64,000 bases of DNA from Candidatus Omnitrophota bacterium (GTDB taxonomy: Bacteria > Omnitrophota > Gorgyraeia > 1-14-0-20-64-10). The translations under genes were made by a program, and so were the position numbers. The notes beneath the pieces are model-generated. The model was given only the letters and a program-made list of their open reading frames with translations. It did no database searches and had not been told where the DNA came from. Positions 1 through 6,701 of this stretch are shown one piece after another (the stretch's first letter is position 1; each line of letters starts with the position of its first letter). The stretch is taken from the NCBI GenBank assembly GCA_016177405.1, contig JACOVG010000024.1, positions 71,079-135,078 on the forward strand, in the 5' to 3' direction.

Positions 1-150
1 GTCGGCCACCATCCCCTGGCCGTCCAGGCGCTCGGCGGCCATCTCCACCTCGGCCTTGGCGTTGTGACCGTGGAGAAAGCGGCACTTGCCCTGGTGGTTT
101 AAGAGCCGATGCCCGTAGCAGAATTCGATCTCTTTGGTTACCTTGTACAC
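1..150 (-). CDS. queD: 6-carboxy-5,6,7,8-tetrahydropterin synthase QueD, N-terminal part; the gene runs off the window edge
   Basis: Reverse-complement translation from GTG (complement of 148-150) gives VYKVTKEIEFCYGHRLLNHQGKCRFLHGHNAKAEVE, the QueD/PTPS N-terminal signature (CxxxHGH zinc site). Confidence 0.6.
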   Translation of the reverse strand, partial: MYKVTKEIEFCYGHRLLNHQGKCRFLHGHNAKAEVEMAAERLDGQGMVAD

Positions 151-167
151 AACGAGCCTATCATACG

Positions 168-830
168 ATGAGGCGGCGGAAGGATCAAGGCGCGGCGGTG
201 CTGGTGAGCGGGGGCGTGGAGAGCGCCGCTCTTCTGGCCCAGGCGCTGGGGGCTTACGAACGGGTTTACCCCCTCTACGTGAAGAAAGGCTTGAGATGGG
301 AAAGGGAGGAGTTGGCGGTCTTGAAGCGTTTGCTGGCCCAGGTTAAAGAGGACGGTTTGGCCGATTTGACCATCCTGCCGGTCCCTGTCGCCGCCGTCTA
401 CGGCGCCCATTGGTCTGTGGGCTCTTCCGCGGCGCCAGGTTTTCGGGCGCCCGATTCGGCCGTCTACCTGCCGGGAAGGAATCTCCTGCTCTTGTCGCTG
501 GGAGGGCTCTTCTGCTCTTCGCGGAGGATCCCGAACCTTTGGATCGGCACCCTGAAGGGGAATCCCTTCCGGGACGCCCAAATCGGTTTCCTGCGCCGGA
601 TGGAAGGGCTTCTGCGGGACACGCTGGGCTGGCCCATCAGGATCGCGGCGCCGTTTCGGGGGCTGACCAAGGCCCAGGTGATCGGCCGTTGGCCGGGGCT
701 TCCCTGGGGGAGCACCCTTTCTTGCCTGCGCCCGGCGGGGGCGGCCCACTGCGGCCGCTGTCAAAAATGCGCGGAGCGAAAGAAGGGATTTAAGGAGGCT
801 GGCATGGCCGACCCGGCGAGATTCGCGTGA
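168..830 (+). CDS. queC: 7-cyano-7-deazaguanine synthase QueC
   Basis: The VLVSGGVESA PP-loop, GRN, and C-terminal CGRCQKCAERKKG zinc-ribbon are typical of QueC. Length 220 aa. Confidence 0.85.
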   Translation: MRRRKDQGAAVLVSGGVESAALLAQALGAYERVYPLYVKKGLRWEREELAVLKRLLAQVKEDGLADLTILPVPVAAVYGAHWSVGSSAAPGFRAPDSAVYLPGRNLLLLSLGGLFCSSRRIPNLWIGTLKGNPFRDAQIGFLRRMEGLLRDTLGWPIRIAAPFRGLTKAQVIGRWPGLPWGSTLSCLRPAGAAHCGRCQKCAERKKGFKEAGMADPARFA

Positions 831-1195
831 GGTCCTTCTATCGGGGCGGCATCGGCCAGTGGGCCTGGATCCTGCACCGGGTGACCGGAGTCGGGGTCCT
901 CCTTTTTCTCCTGACGCACATCCTGGACACCGCGCTCATCCTGCTGGGCCCAGAGTGGTACAACAAGATCATCGCGATTTACCGGCATCCTGTCTTTGGT
1001 TTGATGGAGATCGGCCTGTTTGCCGCGGTTTTATACCACGCCTTAAACGGCGTCCGGATCATCCTGGTGGATTTCTGGGTGGAGTCCACCCTCTACCACA
1101 AGCAGATGTTCTTCATCGAGATGGCCCTCTTTCTCGCGATCTTCCTGCCGGTGGCCTGGATCATGCTGGGGCACATCCTTCGGGGAGGGGCCTAG
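827..1195 (+). CDS. sdhC: succinate dehydrogenase cytochrome b556 subunit SdhC
   Basis: 122 aa, 3 TM helices, ILHRVTG heme-ligand region. First gene of a sdhCDAB arrangement, and its start overlaps the queC stop. Confidence 0.7.
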   Translation: MRSFYRGGIGQWAWILHRVTGVGVLLFLLTHILDTALILLGPEWYNKIIAIYRHPVFGLMEIGLFAAVLYHALNGVRIILVDFWVESTLYHKQMFFIEMALFLAIFLPVAWIMLGHILRGGA

Positions 1196-1570
1196 GTGAG
1201 CGGCAGTTACGGAGGACACGAGCGCCCTGCCGGCGGGGCGGAGCTGTACGCGTGGATTTTCATGCGGTTTTCCGGGGTGCTCCTTTTGGTTTTGGCCCTG
1301 GGGCACTTCTTCATCATGCATGTGGTGAACTCGATCCACCAGATTGATTACGACTTTGTGGCCCAGCGTTATTTCCAATGGTTCTGGCGGGCCTACGACC
1401 TGGCGATGCTGTGGCTGGCGATGCTACACGGGGCCAACGGCGCCCGGACCCTGCTGGACGATTACCTGCGGCCGCCCGCGCGGGGATGGGCCGTCAAGGC
1501 GCTGTACCTGGGGGGAGCATTGTTCTTGTTTCTTGGCACCTGGGTCATCCTTTTCTTCAAGCCCCTATGA
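1196..1570 (+). CDS. sdhD: succinate dehydrogenase hydrophobic membrane anchor SdhD
   Basis: 124 aa hydrophobic protein with a conserved His in the ALGHFFIMH helix. Lies between sdhC and sdhA, and its stop overlaps the sdhA start (ATGA). Confidence 0.6.
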   Translation: MSGSYGGHERPAGGAELYAWIFMRFSGVLLLVLALGHFFIMHVVNSIHQIDYDFVAQRYFQWFWRAYDLAMLWLAMLHGANGARTLLDDYLRPPARGWAVKALYLGGALFLFLGTWVILFFKPL

Positions 1571-3312
1571 CCCACACCTTTGACGCGGTGATCGTGGGCG
1601 CCGGCGGCGCCGGGCTCATGGCGGCCCTGCAGGCAACCAGGGGACAGTCCCCTGCGGGGACAGTCCCCAAGGTCGCCGTGCTCTCCAAGCTTTACCCCAC
1701 CCGCTCCCACACCGGGACGGCCCAGGGCGGGATCGGAGCGGCCCTGGGCAATTCGGAAGAGGACCGCTGGGAGTGGCACATGTTCGACACGGTCAAGGGC
1801 GGCGACTATCTGGGCGACCAGGACGCCATTGAGATCATGTGCCGGGAGGCGGTGGACACCGTCTACGAGCTGGAGCACATGGGGCTGCCCTTCTCCCGCA
1901 CGCCGGATGGGAAGATCGCCCAGCGGCCTTTCGGCGGGCACACCCGGGAATTCGGCAAGGCGGCGGTGCGCCGCGCCTGCTACGCGGCCGACCGGACCGG
2001 CCACATGATCCTGCAGACCCTGTACCAGCAGTGCATCAAGCAGGGGGTCACCTTCTTCGACGAGTTTCATGTGGTGGACCTGCTGTTGGACGGCGGGGCC
2101 GTCCGCGGGGTGGCGGCGGTGGAGATCGCCACCGGTGATCTCCACACCTTCGCCGCCAAGGCGGTTCTGTTCGCCACCGGCGGCTGCGGCCGGATGTTCA
2201 AGATCACCTCCAACGCCTTGACCCTGACCGGCGACGGGATGGGGGTCGTTTACCGGCGGGGGATCCCCCTGCAGGACATGGAGTTCTTCCAGTTTCACCC
2301 GACCGGCATCTACAAGATGGGGATCCTGATCACCGAGGGGGCGCGCGGGGAGGGGGGCATTCTGCGGAACAATTCCGGCGAGCGCTTCATGGAGCGCTAC
2401 GCCCCCAACCTGAAGGATCTGGCCCCCCGGGACATGGTCTCGCGGGCCATGCACACGGAGATCCGGCAGGGCCGGGGAATCGGCGGCAAGGATTACCTTC
2501 ACCTGGATCTGACCCACCTCGACCCCCAGGTGATCCACGACAAGCTTCCGGACATCACCGATTTTGTCGAGACGTATCTGGGGATCGACCCGGTTAAGGC
2601 CCCGATTCCGGTTCAGCCCACCGCCCATTACGCGATGGGGGGCATCCCCACCAACGCCGACGGCGAGGTGGTGATCGACGAGCGCCGGACGCCCCTGCCG
2701 GGCCTTTACGCCGCTGGGGAATGCGCCTGCGTCTCGGTGCACGGGGGCAACCGCCTGGGGACCAACTCCCTGGTGGACATCATCGTTTTCGGGCGGCGGA
2801 GCGGCAAGGCCCTGGGCGAATATGTGAAGCGCTCGGCGCCGGCGGGGCTGCCGGCAGACCCGGAGGGCCAGACGCGCGAGAGGCTGAAAAGGCTGCGCGA
2901 GGGCCGGGGCCCGGAGAGGGTCTCCTCTATCCGGGAAGCGCTTCAGGCCGAGATGACGGACAAGGCCTCGGTCTTCCGGACCGCCGGCGAGCTTCAAAAG
3001 ATGCTGGAGGTCCTGACCGGGCTTAAGGCGAGGTATGAAAAGGCAGCGCTCCAAGACCGGGGGAGCCGCTTCAACATGGAGCTCCTGGAGGCCTTTGAGC
3101 TGGGGTGCCTGCTGGATTTGGCTCAAGTTACCGTGACCTGCGCTTTGAACCGTCAGGAATCGCGCGGGGCCCATTGCCGCGAGGACTTCCCCAAGCGGGA
3201 CGACGCCAACTGGTTCAAGCACACGCTCGCCTGGAAGCGGGGAGACCGGGTGGAGATCGGGTACAAGCCGGTGGTGGTGACCCGGTTCCAGCCCCAGGAG
3301 CGGAAATACTAA
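1567..3312 (+). CDS. sdhA: succinate dehydrogenase flavoprotein subunit SdhA
   Basis: MTHTFDAVIVGAGGAGLMAAL FAD-binding N-terminus, HTGTAQGG covalent-FAD His region, and HGGNRLGTNSL. The true start is an internal ATG of the listed ORF (1378..3312). Confidence 0.9.
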   Translation: MTHTFDAVIVGAGGAGLMAALQATRGQSPAGTVPKVAVLSKLYPTRSHTGTAQGGIGAALGNSEEDRWEWHMFDTVKGGDYLGDQDAIEIMCREAVDTVYELEHMGLPFSRTPDGKIAQRPFGGHTREFGKAAVRRACYAADRTGHMILQTLYQQCIKQGVTFFDEFHVVDLLLDGGAVRGVAAVEIATGDLHTFAAKAVLFATGGCGRMFKITSNALTLTGDGMGVVYRRGIPLQDMEFFQFHPTGIYKMGILITEGARGEGGILRNNSGERFMERYAPNLKDLAPRDMVSRAMHTEIRQGRGIGGKDYLHLDLTHLDPQVIHDKLPDITDFVETYLGIDPVKAPIPVQPTAHYAMGGIPTNADGEVVIDERRTPLPGLYAAGECACVSVHGGNRLGTNSLVDIIVFGRRSGKALGEYVKRSAPAGLPADPEGQTRERLKRLREGRGPERVSSIREALQAEMTDKASVFRTAGELQKMLEVLTGLKARYEKAALQDRGSRFNMELLEAFELGCLLDLAQVTVTCALNRQESRGAHCREDFPKRDDANWFKHTLAWKRGDRVEIGYKPVVVTRFQPQERKY

Positions 3313-3538
3313 GAGCACGTTTCAAAACCGTCATCGCGAGCCCCCGCCCCTGGCGGGGGCGTGGCGATCTCGTCTTAAAAGCGAGATTGCTTCGGCCTAA
3401 AGGCCTCGCAATGACGAGTTATCTAAGGAGTCATCCCCGCCCTCGCTTACGCGAGGGTAAACTACAGCGGGGATCCCTGTCATTCCCCCGAAAGGGGGAA
3501 TCAGATCCTCACTTTCGTGAGGATGACTTAAGGGTGCA
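3313..3538. repeat. cluster of 4-5 REP-like palindromic hairpin elements in the sdhA-sdhB intergenic space
   Basis: Consecutive perfect hairpins: gcccccgcc-cct-ggcgggggc; gagattgc...ggcc-taaa-ggcc...gcaatgac; gtcatccccgc[cctcgc-ttac-gcgagg]...gcggggatc; attccccc-gaaa-gggggaat; gatcctcac-tttc-gtgaggatgac. The same modules recur at 12672, 55097 and 4543. Confidence 0.65.
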
Positions 3539-4237
3539 ATGAACGTCACTTTTAAGCTTCTGCGGTTTGACCCGGAGCGGGACGCCAAGCCCCACTGGGA
3601 AAGCTATCAGGTGGAGATGGAGCCGACCGACCGGGTGCTGGACGGCTTGGAGGCGATCAAGGGCCGCCTCGACGGCACGCTGGGTTTCCGGCGCTCCTGC
3701 GCCCATGGGATCTGCGGCTCGGACGCCATGCTGATCAACGGGCGAAACCGCTTGGCCTGCAAGGTGCTGGTGAAGAACCTGGAGCAGCCCATCGCCATCG
3801 AGCCGATGCGCGGCTTCAAGGTGGTGAAGGATTTCATGGTGGATCTCACGCCCTTCTTCGCCAAGTACCGGTCGGTCAAGCCTTTCCTCATCGAGTCCGG
3901 CCCCCCGCCCGAAAAGGAGCGCCTCCAATCCCCGAAGGATCGGGAGCGTTTTGACGACACCACCAAGTGCATCCTCTGCGGGGCCTGCACCACGAGCTGT
4001 CCCTCCTTCTGGTCGAACCCGGACTACGCGGGGCCGGCGGCCATTGTTCAGGCCCACCGCTTCCTCTTTGACAGCCGGGACGCCGGCAAGAAAGAGCGGC
4101 TGGCCGTCCTGAACACCCAGGACGGCGTCTGGCGCTGCCGCACCGTCTTCAACTGCGTTCAGGCCTGCCCCCGCGGCATCAACGTGACCCGCGCCATCGG
4201 CGAGGTCAAGCTCGCCCTCCTTAGAGGAAAAGCCTGA
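3539..4237 (+). CDS. sdhB: succinate dehydrogenase iron-sulfur subunit SdhB
   Basis: CxxGxCGxC 2Fe-2S motif (SCAHGICGSDAM), CILCGACTTSCP and CVQACPRGI cluster motifs. Length 232 aa. Confidence 0.9.
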   Translation: MNVTFKLLRFDPERDAKPHWESYQVEMEPTDRVLDGLEAIKGRLDGTLGFRRSCAHGICGSDAMLINGRNRLACKVLVKNLEQPIAIEPMRGFKVVKDFMVDLTPFFAKYRSVKPFLIESGPPPEKERLQSPKDRERFDDTTKCILCGACTTSCPSFWSNPDYAGPAAIVQAHRFLFDSRDAGKKERLAVLNTQDGVWRCRTVFNCVQACPRGINVTRAIGEVKLALLRGKA

Positions 4238-4246
4238 ACGGATAGA

Positions 4247-5206
4247 ATGGAGTCGAAGCGCTCGCCGTACCTGAAGCACATTTACGTCTGCGTGAATCGG
4301 CGCGACCCCGGAGAAACTTTCTGCGCCGCCGGCGGCAGCGAGGAGATTCTGGAGAAGCTGAAGGCCTACGTGAAGGCCAACGGCTTGAAGGGCAGGGCGC
4401 GGGTGAGCAAGTCCGGCTGTATGGATCTGTGCGCCCAGGGGCCCAACGTGATGGTTTACCCGGACCACCAATGGTACCACCACGTGACGCTGGCTGACGC
4501 GGACCGGATCATCGCGGAGCACCTTGAGCCATTGGTCCAAAACGAGATTGCTTCCCGCTTCGCTGGCGCTCGCGGTCGCAATGACGAAGGGGTGCCCTCC
4601 TCTCGCGACGGGATAGGGGCCTTCCTGTTTGATCTGGGCAACGTCCTGGTCCGGTTTGACCATCTGAATGCCGCCCGGCAAATCGCCCAGCGCACCCGGG
4701 TGGACCCGGAGGAACTTTTCCGCCTCTTCTTCGATTCTCCCCTGGTGATCGATCACGACACCGGAAAGATCTCCACCCGGGCCTTCTACGAAGAGCTAAG
4801 GAAGAAGTGGAACATCGGGGCCACCTTTGAAGAGTTCCTGTTGGCGTGGAACGGGATCTTCACCGAGGACAAAGGGTCCACGGCCCTGGTGAGGAAGCTG
4901 ATGAAGCGCTACCCCTGCTACCTGATCTCCAACACCAACCCGCCTCACTTTGAGCATTGCCGAGAGAGTTACCCCGTGCTGAAAGAGTTCTCCGGCTGGA
5001 TCCTCTCCTACGAGGTCGGCGTCTTGAAGCCGCATCCGGCGATCTATCAGAAGGCGCTGGAGATGATCGGCCTGCCGCCGGAGCGGATCTTCTACGTGGA
5101 TGACCGGGCCGACCTGATCGAGGCGGCCGAGACCATGGGCTTCATGACCCACCGCTTCACCGACGCCAAGACCCTCCGCGAAGAGTTATCCACAAAAGGG
5201 GTCTGA
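4247..5206 (+). CDS. fusion ORF: N-terminal thioredoxin-like [2Fe-2S] ferredoxin domain plus C-terminal HAD-superfamily hydrolase domain
   Basis: N-terminal ~100 aa (YVCVNRR...CAAGGSEEI...GCMDLCAQGPNVMVYP) is a Trx-like 2Fe-2S ferredoxin. The C-terminal part (FLFDLGNVLV..., ISNTN, YVDD) carries the HAD motifs I-III. The junction (aa ~98-115) is encoded by a REP-like palindromic element. Confidence 0.6.
   Translation: MESKRSPYLKHIYVCVNRRDPGETFCAAGGSEEILEKLKAYVKANGLKGRARVSKSGCMDLCAQGPNVMVYPDHQWYHHVTLADADRIIAEHLEPLVQNEIASRFAGARGRNDEGVPSSRDGIGAFLFDLGNVLVRFDHLNAARQIAQRTRVDPEELFRLFFDSPLVIDHDTGKISTRAFYEELRKKWNIGATFEEFLLAWNGIFTEDKGSTALVRKLMKRYPCYLISNTNPPHFEHCRESYPVLKEFSGWILSYEVGVLKPHPAIYQKALEMIGLPPERIFYVDDRADLIEAAETMGFMTHRFTDAKTLREELSTKGV
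4543..4586. repeat. REP-like palindromic element (gagattgc...gcaatgacg type) embedded in-frame in the coding sequence
   Basis: cgagattgcttc...tcgcaatgacg shares both arms with the intergenic copy at 3382..3416. It encodes the linker NEIASRFAGARGRND between the ferredoxin and HAD domains. Confidence 0.55.
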
Positions 5207-5212
5207 CCCCCC

Positions 5213-6616
5213 TTGTTGAAAACTAAACCTTTACCGGCCTTTCCGGGATGGTGGGCGGCGCTGGGGCCGGGGGTGGTGTGGCTGGCCCTGGCGCAGGGGA
5301 GCGGGGAGCTCATCTGGTGGCCGTACCTCATCGCCAAGTACGGCCTGGCCTTTTTGTTTCTTCTGGTGCCGGCCTGCCTCCTGCAGCTTCCGCTTAACTA
5401 TCACATTGGCCACTACACCCTGGCCACCGGCGAGTCCATCTTTCAGGGCTTCATCCGGCTGAACCGCTGGTTCGCCGGCCTCCTATGGCTCTTGATGGCG
5501 GTCGCCTTTTTCTGGTTCGGCGCCTTCGCCTCGGCCGGCGGCACGGCCCTGGCGGCCTTGACCCATTTTCCGGCCGGGTGGAGCGTGAGGGGGCAGACCC
5601 TTTTCTGGGCCTATCTTTCCATGGGTTTTTTCCTGGGGTCCCTTTTGATCGGGAAGGTCGCTTACCGGGTGGTGGAGCGCTTCATGTGGGTGGTGGCGCT
5701 GGTCACCTTTGGGGGCCTCCTTCTTTCCTGCGCCCATCCTGCCGTGGTCAAGGCGGTCCCCGGTTTTTTGAAAGGGCTGGTCCATCCTGCCTGGCCCCCG
5801 CCGCGCCCCTGGGAGGCGGCCGACGCCACAAAGCTTTTGACCGCGGTGACCTTCGCGGGCCTCGGAGGTTTCTGGACCCTCTTTTATTCCTACTGGCTTC
5901 GGGAGAAGGGATCGGGGATGGCGGCCCACGCCGGGCACATCACCTCCCCCTTGACCGGACGGTTGGAGCAGATCCCTTTAAGCGGCTTCGCGCCGCCGGA
6001 TGGGCCGGAGCTTTCCAAGGGCTGGAGCCGCTGGAGGAGATTCCTGCTGGCCGACAGCGCCGTCGGGATCGGCGGGAACATCCTCACGACCCTGATGACC
6101 TGCCTGTTGAGCTTTGCCTTGCTTTTCCCGGAGGGGATCCTTCCCCAGCATTACGAGTTGGCGGCGGTGCAGAGCCGGTTCTTCGAGGTTCAATGGGGGC
6201 TGATCGGGCGGGCCCTGTTCCTGGTGGTGGCGGCGGCTTTCCTGGCCGACACGTGGCTGGCCACGGCCGACGCGGTCAGCCGCATCCACACCGACTGCGT
6301 CTTGAGCTTCTTCCCGAAGGCCCGGCGATTCACGGCGAGGGCCTGGTATTTCGGGTGGCTCGCCTTTTTGAGCGTCGTGACCGCCGTCACCGTGCTGTTG
6401 GATGAACCAGGGAAGCTCATCCTTCTTTCGGCGGTGCTCGGTTTTGCGGGGACGGTCCTCTTCACCGGGGCGCTGTTCGGGGTGAGCTACCGGGTGCTCC
6501 CCAAGCTGGTGCCGCGGCCTTTGAGGCCGGGAAGGTTCGCCCTCGCGGGCCTGGCCGTTTCCTACGCGGCCTACCTGGTCTTGGCTGGCGCCTACCTCTG
6601 GGTGATTCTCCGGTAA
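5213..6616 (+). CDS. NRAMP-related integral membrane transporter, probably a divalent metal cation transporter, with a non-canonical metal-site motif
   Basis: 467 aa, ~11 TM helices. N-terminal LGPGVVWLALAQGSGE resembles the NRAMP TM1 GPGxLxSxAYIDPGN but lacks DPGN. Start is TTG at 5213. Confidence 0.45.
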   Translation: MLKTKPLPAFPGWWAALGPGVVWLALAQGSGELIWWPYLIAKYGLAFLFLLVPACLLQLPLNYHIGHYTLATGESIFQGFIRLNRWFAGLLWLLMAVAFFWFGAFASAGGTALAALTHFPAGWSVRGQTLFWAYLSMGFFLGSLLIGKVAYRVVERFMWVVALVTFGGLLLSCAHPAVVKAVPGFLKGLVHPAWPPPRPWEAADATKLLTAVTFAGLGGFWTLFYSYWLREKGSGMAAHAGHITSPLTGRLEQIPLSGFAPPDGPELSKGWSRWRRFLLADSAVGIGGNILTTLMTCLLSFALLFPEGILPQHYELAAVQSRFFEVQWGLIGRALFLVVAAAFLADTWLATADAVSRIHTDCVLSFFPKARRFTARAWYFGWLAFLSVVTAVTVLLDEPGKLILLSAVLGFAGTVLFTGALFGVSYRVLPKLVPRPLRPGRFALAGLAVSYAAYLVLAGAYLWVILR

Positions 6617-6701
6617 TCCCGCCGTTCAAATCGTTAGTAATAATATAAAGTTATATGTTTATTTTATCCACGCTTATTTTTGAAGGTATAATTACCTTGT
6701 T

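Noticed and set aside
138-764. 208-aa minus-strand ORF overlapping queC
   Set aside because: Antisense to a well-supported queC gene. The translation is low-complexity (R/P/G-rich), typical of spurious ORFs in high-GC DNA.
1462-3318. 618-aa minus-strand ORF antisense to sdhA
   Set aside because: Completely overlaps sdhA, whose translation has textbook motifs. The antisense product is G/P/R/A-rich with no motifs.
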